This document shows positions 8,607-19,200 of a stretch of DNA of 38,034 nt, piece by piece (the first letter of the stretch is position 1; every line of letters starts with the position of its first letter). A model generated the notes under the pieces. It was not told where the DNA came from. It saw nothing but the letters and a program-made list of their open reading frames with translations, and searched no databases. Source of the stretch: an uncultured Atopobium sp. (GTDB lineage: Bacteria; Actinomycetota; Coriobacteriia; Coriobacteriales; Atopobiaceae); assembly GCA_964512475.1 (NCBI GenBank), contig CAZEHG010000001.1, forward strand, positions 1-38,034. The letters run 5' to 3'. The position numbers and the translations under genes are program-made.

Positions 8607-10030
8607 TGGCAGTCTCCATCCCATACGCCGTCGCGTCCGCCGACGGGCTCTCCGACGAGCACCGCGAGGCGGTGCGCTGCCTGCTCAACAGCTGGCAGAC
8701 GCATTACAAAGGAAACATCCTGCGCTCCGACTACTACGAGGCGCACAACATGCTCAAGGACCTCGGCATCGCCGTGCCCGACTCGCTCAAGGACCTTGAG
8801 GTCGCGTGCGGGTGGGGCTACAAGTGCGTCGAGGTCATGCGCGACCACATCGCCTTCGACGGCTTCAGCGCGCCCGACGACGAGGACTTCGACGACACGC
8901 TGCGCGCGATCGCGCGGCGAAACGTCATGGACGCGCGCGTCGGCAAGGCCGTGAACTCGGCGCTCAAGTACTGTTTCAGCATGTGGGTCGTGACCGCCGA
9001 CGACTCGGGCCACGCGCGCATCAGCGCGTACCCGCCCACGCTCGCCACCGGCATCTGGGACGACGTGCACGAGCGCCTGGAGTCGGGCATGTTCGTCGTG
9101 CGCTTCGCCCGCGACCACGGCAGGCCCACGAGCCGCCCCGACTGGGTGAACGTCATGTTGCCGGACTGCATGATCCGCATCCGCGAGGTGCGCCGGGGCG
9201 AGTGGGCCGCCGAGTACGTGGAGCACTCCCTGGGCGTGGTGCCGATGTTCGTCATGCCGCACAACCCCGACGACGACCGCCCGTTCGGCGTGTCGCGCAT
9301 CTCGCCCGAGGTGCGCTGGCTCATCGACTGCGCGGTGCGCGCCAACGTGAACGAGGAGATAGCCGCGGCCTTCGCCGCGAGCACGCAGAAGTACCTGCTC
9401 GGCACCGACGGCGACGCGTTCGCCGACAAGAGCAAGTGGAGCGCCTTCATCGGATCCATCTTCGAGGTTTCCACGAACTCCGACGGCAACACGCCGCAGT
9501 TCGGGCAGCTCACGCAACCCTCGATGCAGCCCATGACCGAGCACTTCGCCAACCTCTGCAAGCGCATGAGCGCGGCCACCGGCATCCACGTCGGGCAGTT
9601 CGGAATCATGAGCGACAACCCGTCGAGCGCAGACGCCATCTACGCCGAGAACGAGCCGCTCATCCTCAAGTGCAAGAGCTTCATACGCGAGGCGAAGACG
9701 GCCCTCTCGCGCACGGCCACGGCCGCGCTCGCCACCGAGCTGGGCGTCTCCTACGAGGAGTCGGAGGACGCTTGCGCGGTGTCCGTCCACTTCCTGAACC
9801 CCGCCATGCCGACCTTGGCGCAGCAGACCGACAGCTCCATCAAGATAGCCTCCGCCGTAGAGGGCTTCGCGGGGACGCCGACCTTCTGGCGCCTGAACGG
9901 CTTCGACGATGACGAGACCCGCAACGTCGGCTCGGAGGTGGAGCGCAACGTCAACCGCGCCGTCGTGGCGAGGCTGATGGAGGGCGTCACGCAGGCCGAT
10001 CAGGACGGATCCGGCGATGATATCGGCTAG
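8606..10030 (+). CDS. Portal protein (SPP1 gp6-like)
   Basis: GTG8606 overlaps the terL stop. ~474 aa with RPFGVSRI and NPSSADAI motifs. Confidence 0.9.
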   Translation: MAVSIPYAVASADGLSDEHREAVRCLLNSWQTHYKGNILRSDYYEAHNMLKDLGIAVPDSLKDLEVACGWGYKCVEVMRDHIAFDGFSAPDDEDFDDTLRAIARRNVMDARVGKAVNSALKYCFSMWVVTADDSGHARISAYPPTLATGIWDDVHERLESGMFVVRFARDHGRPTSRPDWVNVMLPDCMIRIREVRRGEWAAEYVEHSLGVVPMFVMPHNPDDDRPFGVSRISPEVRWLIDCAVRANVNEEIAAAFAASTQKYLLGTDGDAFADKSKWSAFIGSIFEVSTNSDGNTPQFGQLTQPSMQPMTEHFANLCKRMSAATGIHVGQFGIMSDNPSSADAIYAENEPLILKCKSFIREAKTALSRTATAALATELGVSYEESEDACAVSVHFLNPAMPTLAQQTDSSIKIASAVEGFAGTPTFWRLNGFDDDETRNVGSEVERNVNRAVVARLMEGVTQADQDGSGDDIG

Positions 10031-11231
10031 CGAGTGGAAGGCCTACAACGACGGCGTCTCGCGCATATCCGACGCCGCCGAGAAGGAGACCGAGCGCCGC
10101 CTGCTCGCATGGCATGCGCTCAACCCCGACGCGACGGTCGCCGAGTCGCGCGAGTTCGCCAAGGAGGTCATGGCCGCCGTCGTGCAGTCCTACGACGGCA
10201 TGGCCGCGTCGTTCGCTGCCGAGTGGTACGACTACCGCGCCGAGAAGAGCGCGGCTAGGCTCGACCAGGCGGTGACCTCGACGGCGTACTCTCCCGAGAC
10301 GGACGACGAGGTCGCGCGCTACCAGGCCAAGAAGCTCGCCAAAGGGGACTTCGAGGGCTTCGCGAAGGCTTGCGGCGAGTACGCGCGAAACGACGCCCTG
10401 CGCTCGCTCAACGAGACGATTATGGCTAACGCCAAGAGGGACAGGAAGAAGGGCGTGCGGTTCGCCCGCGTGCCCACGGGCCTGGAGACCTGCACGTTCT
10501 GCCTGATGCTCGCGGGCCGCGGGGCCGTCTACCACACGCGCAGGACGGCCGGCGAGTTCAGGCACTTCCACCGCCGCTGCGACTGCAAGGTGGTGCCGGG
10601 CTTCGAAGATAACCCCGACGCGGAGTTGGTAGAAGGCCACAGCCCCGTCGTTTATCGCAGATGGTGCAAGAGGATTTCTGCGTCGAAGAGTACGCTTAAA
10701 AGGGTGTATGAAAACACAGAGGCTATATCCGAAGAACGAACCGAGCTGGAGTTGGGCCTCAATGACGCTTGGGCCGCTCATCTTGAAGCGGGCGGCTCAG
10801 AGCGAAGCTATAGAGAGCATTACGCCTCATTTATAGAACTCCTCGTTCCGGGGAACCCCATCAGCGTCGAGGACTTCGTCAAACTTGAGGGCAAAGAGCT
10901 CCAAGAGGCCATATGGCTCGCGGCAACCGGTCACACCGTCTGCTTCAGGAACCCTGACAAACATAAGCGTGAGGATGGAAACACATCTGACGTGCTTGTC
11001 GACGGCGTTACATGCGATCTGAAATGCATTCAGTCTTCAAGCCTCCCTAAGATGACGAAGCGAGTTACGGAGAAGCTTGACAGGCAAGGCCCCAAATTCC
11101 TCATAGATCTGAGCCAGTCAGGCATCGAGGCCGACGCGGCGGCAATCAGACTCTCCAAGCTGTGCGACGACGAGAAAATAGAAGGTTTCTTCTTGGTATC
11201 CGACGGATTCCTCCGCGAGATAAAGAAGTAG
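10017..11231 (+). CDS. MuF/VG15-like minor head protein with C-terminal PD-(D/E)xK nuclease toxin-like domain
   Basis: RFARVP...TCTFCLMLAGRG...HRRCDCKVVP, then a lower-GC C-terminus with SDVLVDGVTCDLK...RQGPKFLIDLS. Confidence 0.8.
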   Translation: MISASEWKAYNDGVSRISDAAEKETERRLLAWHALNPDATVAESREFAKEVMAAVVQSYDGMAASFAAEWYDYRAEKSAARLDQAVTSTAYSPETDDEVARYQAKKLAKGDFEGFAKACGEYARNDALRSLNETIMANAKRDRKKGVRFARVPTGLETCTFCLMLAGRGAVYHTRRTAGEFRHFHRRCDCKVVPGFEDNPDAELVEGHSPVVYRRWCKRISASKSTLKRVYENTEAISEERTELELGLNDAWAAHLEAGGSERSYREHYASFIELLVPGNPISVEDFVKLEGKELQEAIWLAATGHTVCFRNPDKHKREDGNTSDVLVDGVTCDLKCIQSSSLPKMTKRVTEKLDRQGPKFLIDLSQSGIEADAAAIRLSKLCDDEKIEGFFLVSDGFLREIKK

Positions 11232-11377
11232 CCAGAGGATTGCCCCGGTTCTGCACCCAGGCTTTCTCTGGCTGAGTCTATTTTACCACACCTGGGTGTG
11301 GCGGGACTGGCAGATGCCAGCGTGCCAGAAGCACGTGGGCATCACCCACTTCGTTTCAATGTAAGGGGGATTTAGGC

Positions 11378-11596
11378 ATGAGCAACAGAGATTTAAGCCC
11401 GACGCAGCAGGCCTATCTCGACGCGAAGATGGCCGAGGCCGTCAAGTTCCTTGAGTGGTTGGCCGCGAGCGATGCCAAGAAGATCGCAGGCCTTCGGCGT
11501 GACATCGAGGATATCGAGGAGCTGCTGAGCGACCCGGAAACGAACACCGCGAAGATTATGAGAATTCGACGCAGCTACTGTGTTGACCCAGCTTAA
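11378..11596 (+). CDS. Small hypothetical protein (candidate immunity protein)
   Basis: Lower-GC ORF with RBS directly after the toxin-like gene and before a terminator. Confidence 0.55.
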   Translation: MSNRDLSPTQQAYLDAKMAEAVKFLEWLAASDAKKIAGLRRDIEDIEELLSDPETNTAKIMRIRRSYCVDPA

Positions 11597-11615
11597 ACGA
11601 CAAAATCACTGAACC

Positions 11616-11643
11616 AAGGCATCCGCACGGGTGCCTTTTTTCA
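11616..11643 (+). terminator. Intrinsic terminator
   Basis: aggcatcc-gcac-gggtgcct followed by a T-run. Confidence 0.75.
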
Positions 11644-11708
11644 TACCGATAAACCGCCCCGCACGGGGCAGGACCGCCGCCGCACGGCGACGAGGAAGGA
11701 GGGCGACC

Positions 11709-12224
11709 GTGGCAGACGAGACCACCGGCACCCAGGCCGAGGACACCGCGGCCACCGACACCCAGGCCACAGAGCCGGAGAAGGATTATAAGGCGCTCTA
11801 CGAGCAGCTCAAGTCCGAGTCCCGAAAGTGGGAGGGCCGCTCGAAGGCCAACGAGAAGGAGCTGAACAGGCTCAAGGCACAGGCCAACCAGGACCGCACG
11901 GTCGAGGAGCGATTGGCCGCGCTGGAGGCCGAGAACGAGTCGCTGAAGGCAAACGCCGCCCGCGCCGCGCTCGTCGACTCCGTCGCCAAGGCCACGGGGC
12001 TGGACCGCTCCATCGTCGCCGCGCTCAACGGCGCAGACGAGGACGCGCTGACCGAGCAGGCGCGGGCGATCGCCGCGCAGCTCAGGCCCAAGGCGTCCGC
12101 CCCCGCCGCGCCTGAGGCAGGCAAGAAGGAGAAGCCCGGCAAGCCCTCCAAGAAGGACATCCTCTCCATCGAGGACGCCAAGGAACGCAAGGCGGCCATC
12201 GCCGCCAACATCGACCTTTTCTGA
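11709..12224 (+). CDS. Capsid scaffolding protein
   Basis: AAGGAGG RBS before GTG11709, acidic N-terminus, SRKWE coiled coil, immediately before the capsid gene. Confidence 0.85.
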   Translation: MADETTGTQAEDTAATDTQATEPEKDYKALYEQLKSESRKWEGRSKANEKELNRLKAQANQDRTVEERLAALEAENESLKANAARAALVDSVAKATGLDRSIVAALNGADEDALTEQARAIAAQLRPKASAPAAPEAGKKEKPGKPSKKDILSIEDAKERKAAIAANIDLF

Positions 12225-12240
12225 CGAAAGGAGCCATTAA

Positions 12241-13089
12241 ATGGCAGTCACCGACGTTAAGACCCTCGCGAAGACCCGCGACGTCGACCTCGTCAACACC
12301 TTCACCCAGTCCATCGAGAAGCTCTCCGCGATGCTCTCCACCTGCGAGCCCATCCACGCGGCCCCCGGCGAGACCCTTCACCAGAAGAAGATCACCGGCA
12401 AGCTCTCGACCGAGGACTACGTCGAGGGCCAGGACATCCCGCTCTCCAACTACACCTACGAGGAGGTCCAGGACTTCGAGGTCGGCATCAAGCCGTACCG
12501 CAAGCAGGCCACCCTCACCGAGATCAAGAAGCGCGGCTACGAGGCGGCCGTCGACAAGACCGACGCGGCAATGATCTCCGACATCCAGGCCACCATCAAG
12601 AAGGGCTTCGTCGACCTCCTCGCCACCGGAACCACCGCCGTGACCGGCAAGACCCTCGTGGCCACCGCCGCCAACGCCTGGGCCGCGCTCTCCAACAAGG
12701 TCGAGGAGCTGGGCTTCGGCGACGTCGACGCCGTCTTCCTCGTGAACCCCGTCGACTTCGCCAAGTGCATCGGGGACTCCGAGGTCTTCGCCGCCTTCGG
12801 CATCTCCTACATCGAGAACTGGAGCGGCCTCGGCACCCTCATCTCCACCTCGTCCGTAACCGCCGGCACCGTCTACGCCACGGTGAAGAACAACGTGAAG
12901 ATCTACGTCGCGGCCGCGGACGGCGACGACGTCTTCGGCTTCTACACCGACGAGACCGGCTACATCGCCGTCCAGCACGCCCCCGAGCTGAAGTCGCTCA
13001 CCTACGACACCGTCGCGTACGTCGGCGTGAAGTTCTTCGCCGAGTACACCGACTTCGTTGTCAAGGGCACCATCGCCGAGACGGCCTAA
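12241..13089 (+). CDS. Major capsid protein
   Basis: Position, size (282 aa), strongly biased codon usage and VEGQDIPLS..KPYRK motif. Confidence 0.9.
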   Translation: MAVTDVKTLAKTRDVDLVNTFTQSIEKLSAMLSTCEPIHAAPGETLHQKKITGKLSTEDYVEGQDIPLSNYTYEEVQDFEVGIKPYRKQATLTEIKKRGYEAAVDKTDAAMISDIQATIKKGFVDLLATGTTAVTGKTLVATAANAWAALSNKVEELGFGDVDAVFLVNPVDFAKCIGDSEVFAAFGISYIENWSGLGTLISTSSVTAGTVYATVKNNVKIYVAAADGDDVFGFYTDETGYIAVQHAPELKSLTYDTVAYVGVKFFAEYTDFVVKGTIAETA

Positions 13090-13113
13090 CGAGAACCGAG
13101 TAAGGAGCGGACA

Positions 13114-13425
13114 ATGCAAGCTTTGGTGACCTACCCCTACCGCGACCGCGAGACGGGCGAGGTGCGCTACGCCGGCGACGCCGTCGAGCTCACGGCCGAG
13201 CGTTTCCGCGAGCTCGCGCTCGGCGGCTACGTCGACGAGATGCCCGAGGAGGCCCCGGCGCAGGCCGTCTCGACGCCCGCCGCCGAGAAGGACGAGCCGA
13301 AGGCTGAGCCGGCGCCCGTCGAGATGACCGCCGCCGAGCTGCGCTCCGCCATCGAGGCCAAGGGCGGGTACGCGCCCAAGAAGGCCACCAAGGCACAGCT
13401 CGCTGAGATCTTAGGGAGCCTGTAG
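13114..13425 (+). CDS. Head-associated protein with HeH/Rho-N-like C-terminus
   Basis: MTAAELRSAIEAKG...KATKAQL, follows the capsid gene. Confidence 0.65.
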   Translation: MQALVTYPYRDRETGEVRYAGDAVELTAERFRELALGGYVDEMPEEAPAQAVSTPAAEKDEPKAEPAPVEMTAAELRSAIEAKGGYAPKKATKAQLAEILGSL

Positions 13426-13832
13426 TGGGGCCGTTCGCCACGGTCGAGGACTACGAGGCGCGGCAGGGCGAGCTGTCCGAGGAGGACTCCTCGCGCTGCC
13501 GCGCGCTGCTGGAGGACGCGAGCGCGGCCATGAGGTCGCGTTTCCGCGCCTTCCACGGGCGCGGCTACGAGTCGGGCGCCAACGAGTCGTTCGACGACAA
13601 CGCCAAGGCGGTCTGCGTGGCCGTCGTGGCGCGCTCGCTCAGCGTCCCCGCCGCCCTCGCCGGCGTGACCCAGTACTCGCAGACCACGGGGCCGTACAGC
13701 GCCTCGGCGACCTACTCAAACCCCACCGGCGACGTCTACCTCACGCGCTCCGACCTCAAGGCCCTCGGGCTCACGGGGACGCGTGTGGGCTCGATCGCCG
13801 CCATGACGTGGGCCGACCGCGAGGAGGGCTAG
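13425..13832 (+). CDS. Head-tail adaptor (Gp19/Gp15/Gp42-like)
   Basis: FATVEDY...LLEDAS...QTTGPYS..TYSNPTGDVYLT. Confidence 0.85.
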   Translation: MGPFATVEDYEARQGELSEEDSSRCRALLEDASAAMRSRFRAFHGRGYESGANESFDDNAKAVCVAVVARSLSVPAALAGVTQYSQTTGPYSASATYSNPTGDVYLTRSDLKALGLTGTRVGSIAAMTWADREEG

Positions 13833-14168
13833 ATGAACCTCATCGAACCCGAGCGCGTCGTGTTCGTCTTCGAGACCGAGGAGCTGGACGACCTCGGCGA
13901 GTACGCCGGCGGCGCGACCGAGGAGGTCGCGTGCGACGCAGTCGTGGCCCCCGGCTCGACCGCCGAGCTGGACGCGAGCCGCCCCGCGGGCTACACGGTC
14001 GCTTACACGCTCCATCTTCCGAAGACATGGTCGCGCCCCCTGCGCGGAGCGTCCGTGCGCCTGCGCGGCGAGACCTACCGCGTCGTGGGCGAGCCCATGC
14101 CCTACACGGCCGCGAACACGCCGGGGGACTATTACCTCCCCGTCGAGGTGGGGAGGGCCGATGGCTGA
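13833..14168 (+). CDS. Head closure / stopper protein
   Basis: Synteny, and VRLRGETYRVVGEP motif. Confidence 0.75.
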   Translation: MNLIEPERVVFVFETEELDDLGEYAGGATEEVACDAVVAPGSTAELDASRPAGYTVAYTLHLPKTWSRPLRGASVRLRGETYRVVGEPMPYTAANTPGDYYLPVEVGRADG

Positions 14169-14457
14169 CGGGTGCTCCCTCAAGTGGGGGAGGTTCAAGT
14201 GGGACCGCGCGGGCTACGCCGAGTGCATGGACGGCGACGCGGTGCAGGGCATCGTCAAGACCGTTGCCCGCAACGTCCGCGCGACGGCCACCTCGATGCT
14301 CTCGGCCGACGGGCACACCGTGCCCGGCTTCACCCTGTACAAGACGAGCGGCAAGCTCGCGAACGGCTACGCGGTCGCGGCGGTCTCCAGGCACGCCAAG
14401 TACTCGTGCGCGAAGAACAAGACCCTGACCAAGGCCGCGAGATCTGCGAGGTTCTGA
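14161..14457 (+). CDS. Neck / tail-completion protein
   Basis: Synteny between stopper and terminator genes. Confidence 0.65.
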   Translation: MADGCSLKWGRFKWDRAGYAECMDGDAVQGIVKTVARNVRATATSMLSADGHTVPGFTLYKTSGKLANGYAVAAVSRHAKYSCAKNKTLTKAARSARF

Positions 14458-14458
14458 C

Positions 14459-14812
14459 ATGACCGACATAGAAGCCGAGGTCGCGCGCGCCCTGTGCGAG
14501 GCCACGGGCTACGACGCCTTCCTTGAGATACCCGCCGACCACCCGGCGCAGCTCATCACCGTCGAGCAGACGGGCGGGGGCGGCGGGTTCCTCGTGCCCG
14601 TGGCCCTGGACGTGGACTGCTGGGCCGCCGAGGGCAAGGGCGGGCGCAAGTCCGCGAAGGCCGTCGCGGAGGCCGTGAAGGCCGCCGTACCCGGCCTGGA
14701 CTCCATAACCAACGTGTTCCACCCCGAGGTCGAGAACTCCTATAGGTCGCCCGACCCCGACACCAAGAGAATGCGCTACGTCGTGCAGGTCGAGCTGTGG
14801 CTCTGCGAGTAG
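14459..14812 (+). CDS. Tail terminator protein
   Basis: ITVEQTGGG...DVDCWA...PDPDT..RY, directly before the major tail gene. Confidence 0.8.
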   Translation: MTDIEAEVARALCEATGYDAFLEIPADHPAQLITVEQTGGGGGFLVPVALDVDCWAAEGKGGRKSAKAVAEAVKAAVPGLDSITNVFHPEVENSYRSPDPDTKRMRYVVQVELWLCE

Positions 14813-14830
14813 CGCAGAAAGGAAACCAGA

Positions 14831-15439
14831 ATGGCTAAGGCAACCACCAACAACCAGGCCAACGTCTCCGCCGCCAAGGGCGTGAAGGGCGGCTACATCT
14901 TCTCCGCCCCCGTCGGCACCAACCTGCCGACCACAGTCGTCACCAAGGCTGACGAGCTGGACGAGGCCTTCAGCGTCCTCGGCTTCGTCTCCGAGGACGG
15001 ATACACCGAGTCCGTCTCCGAGGACTCCAACGACCTCGTCGACCTCAACGGCGACCTGATGGACTCCAGCAACTCCAACCGCGTCGAGTCCGGCCAGGTG
15101 ACCTTCGCCGAGATCAAGGCCGACACCCTCAAGCGCCAGTACGGCGAGGGCAACGTGACAGACGAGAACGGCGTCATCACCGTCAAGCACAACGCCGACT
15201 CCCACAGCTCCTTCGCCTACGTGATGCTGCTCATCCTCAAGAACGGCCGCAAGTGGACCAAGGTCATCCCCAACGGCCAGTCCTCCGAGCTGGACGACCT
15301 CACCATCTCCAGCTCCGAGCTCTGCCAGCGCGCCCTCACCATCAAGTACCTCACCGACGACGAGGGCAACACCTGCTACGACTACTTCGAGTCCACCGAG
15401 ACCGCCAAGGAGACCGAGACCGAGACAAAGGCGGCCTAG
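14831..15439 (+). CDS. Major tail (tube) protein
   Basis: GYIFSAPVGT...LGFVSEDG motif and strong codon bias. Confidence 0.9.
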   Translation: MAKATTNNQANVSAAKGVKGGYIFSAPVGTNLPTTVVTKADELDEAFSVLGFVSEDGYTESVSEDSNDLVDLNGDLMDSSNSNRVESGQVTFAEIKADTLKRQYGEGNVTDENGVITVKHNADSHSSFAYVMLLILKNGRKWTKVIPNGQSSELDDLTISSSELCQRALTIKYLTDDEGNTCYDYFESTETAKETETETKAA

Positions 15440-15445
15440 CGCGAC

Positions 15446-15483
15446 CGGCGGGCGGGGCGAGACCCCGCCCGCCTTCTTTTTCG
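15446..15483 (+). terminator. Intrinsic terminator
   Basis: ggcgggcgggg-cgaga-ccccgcccgcc followed by a T-run. Confidence 0.85.
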
Positions 15484-15509
15484 GCAAACACTAGGGAAAG
15501 GGGCCGCGA

Positions 15510-15791
15510 ATGGCCGACACCAACGCCAACACCGGCGTCATGAAGTTCGAGTACGAGGGCCGCGAGTACGAGGTCAGCAAGGCCGCCATCGGCTCCATCA
15601 AGGTGCAGCGCGCCATGGCCTACGACGGCGTGCCCGAGCGCATGCGCGAGGTGTGGGACGCCATTGACCTCGTCTTCTGCGGCAAGACCTCCGAGTACAT
15701 GGACACCCTCAGCGACGAGCCGACGGGGCCGAGCGCAGAGCAGTGGACGGCCTTCTTCCAGGCCGCCATGGAGGCGGCGGCAAAAAACTAG
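15510..15791 (+). CDS. Tail assembly chaperone (G)
   Basis: Between major tail and tape measure genes, ends in slippery A AAA AAC. Confidence 0.85.
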   Translation: MADTNANTGVMKFEYEGREYEVSKAAIGSIKVQRAMAYDGVPERMREVWDAIDLVFCGKTSEYMDTLSDEPTGPSAEQWTAFFQAAMEAAAKN

Positions 15792-16192
15792 GCTCGCTGG
15801 CCGCCGCCTGGGCGTGCATGAGGGCCGAGGTGGTCGCGGACTTCCGCGAGTGCTACGCCATCGACCTGCCCCTGACGGGAGAGGGCTGGGCGGCCGCGAC
15901 CGACGAGGACATGGCGCGCTGGGCGCTGCTGTTCGCGCAGCTCTCGCCGCGCTCGCGGTGCGGTCAGCGCATCGACCCCGAGAACAGGTGGGGGGACGCC
16001 GAGCGCCTGCTGTGGGCCATCGAGCACGACGTGCGCAGCGGCTTCTACATGTTCAGCGAGGACGCCAAGAAGCGCCGCAACAGGCCCAAGCCGATCCAGA
16101 CGCCCGGCGAGAGGGCGAGGAACCGCGAGAGGGCCGACACGGCGCTCGCGGCCAAGGGCGGCATAGCCGCCGCCTACGGGATAGATACCTAA
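15782..16192 (+). CDS. Tail assembly chaperone -1 frameshift extension (GT)
   Basis: -1 frame is open from the slippery site 15782-15788 to 16192, with an ADFRECYAIDL motif. Confidence 0.8.
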   Translation, partial: KKLGSLAAAWACMRAEVVADFRECYAIDLPLTGEGWAAATDEDMARWALLFAQLSPRSRCGQRIDPENRWGDAERLLWAIEHDVRSGFYMFSEDAKKRRNRPKPIQTPGERARNRERADTALAAKGGIAAAYGIDT

Positions 16193-16208
16193 CGAGAGGG
16201 GGCCGCGA

Positions 16209-19200
16209 ATGGCCGCAACCGTCGGTTCTGTGAACGTAAAGGTCATGCCCTCCATGAGCGGCTTCGCCGCCTCGGTGGACAAGAGCCTGGCGGCCGCCGG
16301 CTCGTCCTCGGGCGCGAGGTTCGGTGCCGCGTTCAGCAAGGCCGCCTCGTCGGGCGCCTCCGGCGTGGCGTCGAAGTTCCAGTCTGCGGGCACCAAGGCG
16401 GGGGACGGCTTCCTCTCCGCCGTCGGCTCGTCGGGCGGCAAGGGCATCGTCTCCAAGCTCACCGGCGGGCTCTCCTCCGTCGCTTCGGCGTTCAAGTCGA
16501 ACGGCGGCTCGGCGGGCTCCGGCTTCGCCTCGGGCGTCCTCGGAAAGGTCGCGGGAATCGGCAAGAGCGTCTGCTCGGCGGCCGGCTCCGGCCTGACCTC
16601 CCTCGGCTCGCTCTTCTCAAGCAAGGGCGCGTCGGCGGGCAAGGCCCTCGGCAGCTCCATCGCGTCGGGCTTCTCGGCGAAGAGCGCCGCCATCGTCGGC
16701 GTGGCGACAAGCATCATGGGCAAGGTGATCGGCGTCGTCTCGTCGTCGGTCTCCTCGGCCGTGTCGCGCGTCGACACGCTGAACAACTTCCCGAAGGTCA
16801 TGACGAACCTCGGGTACTCCGCCGACGAGTCCCAGGCGAGCATCGACACCCTGAGCGACAGGCTCTCGGCGCTGCCCACCAAGCTCGACGACGCCGCTTC
16901 CGGCGTGCAGCAGCTCGCGCCGTCCTCGAAGAGCATCGAGCAGGCGACCGAGCGTTACCTCGCCTTCAACGACGCCATCATCGCCGGCGGCACCTCCGAG
17001 CAGACGCAGGCCAACGCCATGGCGCAGCTCACCAAGGCCGTCTCCACGAACAAGATGGAGATGGACTCCTGGACGAGCATCCAGGAGGCGATGCCGGGCC
17101 AGCTCACCCAGGTCGCGCGCGCGATGCTGGGCGAGGAAGCCTCGGCATCCGACCTATACAACGCCATGAAGAGCGGGGAGATCGGCGTCTCCGACTTCGC
17201 CGACGCCATCGTCGAGCTGGACAAGAACGGCGCGGGCGGCGTCACGTCGTTCAGCGACCAGGCCGTCGACGCGGTCGGCGGCATCCAGACCTCGTGGTCC
17301 AACATGTGCAACGCCTTCCCGAAAGGCGTCGCCAAGGTCGTGTCGGCCATCGGCACAGGCAACATCGTCGGCGCCATCAACGGGGTCAAGTCGAACGTCA
17401 ACGCAGCGTTCGCCGGGATCGTCGAGTTCATCTCCTCGCCGGCCATCTCGGCCGCCGCGCAGGCGTTCGCGGGCTACGTCGGCCAAGGCGTGGGCGGCGC
17501 GCTCGACCTCGTCTCGGCGGGGCTCCAGAACGCGGCCACCTTCGCGTCGAACTTCATCGTGACCATCTCGGGCAACGGCGCGGCCGACGCCTTCGCCTCG
17601 ATGCTCTCGACGCTCGGGCAAGCGGCGAGCGACCTCGGCGACGCCTTCTGGGGGTGCGTCTCCCAGATAACCGGCTGGACGGACACCGCCGACGCCGGCT
17701 CGCGCGCCGCCGACCTCGTGAAGGCCGCGTGCGACGGGTTACAGCCGGTCGTGCAGGCCGTCGGCGACGCGTGCTCGTGGCTCAAGGACAACACCGACAA
17801 GGTCACGCCGGTCCTCGAAGGCATCGCGGCCGCGTTCATCGCCGTCAAGGCGCGCGCGGCGATCGGGCCTGTCCTGACGGCCGTCGGGACGGCCCTCTCC
17901 GCCATCGGCCTGGGCGGCGCAGGCGCGGGGGCTGGGCTCGCCACCACGGCGGCGGGCGCCACGGGCGCGGGCACCGCAGCGGCCCTCTCCGCCACGCAGA
18001 TACTCGCCCTGGGCGCGGCCGTCCTCATGGTCGGCGCGGGCGTGCTGCTCGCGTGCGCGGGCCTCGCGCTGCTGGCGACCTCGGCCGTCCAGATCGCGTC
18101 GGCGGGCCCCGCCGCCGCCGTGGCAATGGTCGCCATGGTCGCGGGTATCGCGGGGCTGGCCGTGGGCGCGACCGTCCTCGCCCCCGCGCTCACCGCCGGG
18201 GCCGTGGGCCTCGTGGCCTTCGGCGCGGCCGTGGCCCTCGTGGGCGTGGGCGTCCTCGCCGCGTCGGCGGGGATCCTCGTCCTCTCGGAGGCCCTCCCCG
18301 GCATCGTGGCCAACGGCGCGGCGGGCGCGGCGAACCTCGTCCTGCTCGCGGCGGGCATGGCCACCGTCGGCGCAGGCGCGCTCGCCCTCTCGGCGGGGGT
18401 GCTCGCGGCATCGGTCGCGTGCGTCGCTGCGGCCGTCGGCGTCCTCGCCCTCGGCGCGGGCGCTCTGGTCGCGGGGGCCGGGCTGCTCGTGATGGGGGCG
18501 GGTGCCCTCGTCGCGGGCGCGGGCCTGCTCGTCATGGCGGCGTCGATTACCACCGTCGCGGCGGGAACCGTCACACTCGGCGCGGGCGCGCTCGTCGCCG
18601 GCGCCGCGCTGCTCGTCATGGGCGTCGGCGCGGCCACCGCCGGCGCGGGCCTCGTGGTCATGGCGGCGGGCCTCACCGTCGCGGCGGCGGGCGTCACGCT
18701 CTTCGGGGCGGGCCTCACCGTCGTATCGGCGGCGCTCACCCTCGCTGCCGCCGCCGTCACCCTCATCGCGGCGGGGATGTCCTCGCTCGCGGGGTCGGCG
18801 TCCACGTGCTGCGGCGCGTTCAACCAGATGTCGGGCGCGCTGCCCTCCATCGCGGCGAGCGGCGCGGGGGCCGCGGCGGCGCTCACGGCCGTTGGCCTCG
18901 CGCTCGCGGCCATCCAGGGCAGCGCCTCGTCCGTGGGCTCGTCGCTCTCGTCGGCGTCCTCCGGCGTGTCCTCGATGGCCAAGGCGGCCGTCTCGCTCTC
19001 CGCGGCGCTGCTCGCGACGTCCGCCTCGGCTACCTCTGCGGGGTCGCTCACGGCGGCCGCGATGGCTACCGCCGGCGTCGCGCTCTCGTCGTTCGCCTCC
19101 TCGGCGCAGTCCTCCGCCTCCGCCGCCGCGTCGGCGGTATCGTCGGCGCTCTCGCGGATGCGCTCAGAGGTCGCTTCGTGCCAGCTCACGCTCCCGCGCA

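Noticed and set aside
15166..15177. Self-target: positions 3-4 of six consecutive array pentamers concatenate to gaacggcgtcat, found in the major tail gene
   Set aside because: Only 12 nt, it does not extend on either side, and the decoding rule was chosen post hoc. Treated as chance until a systematic gapped search is run.
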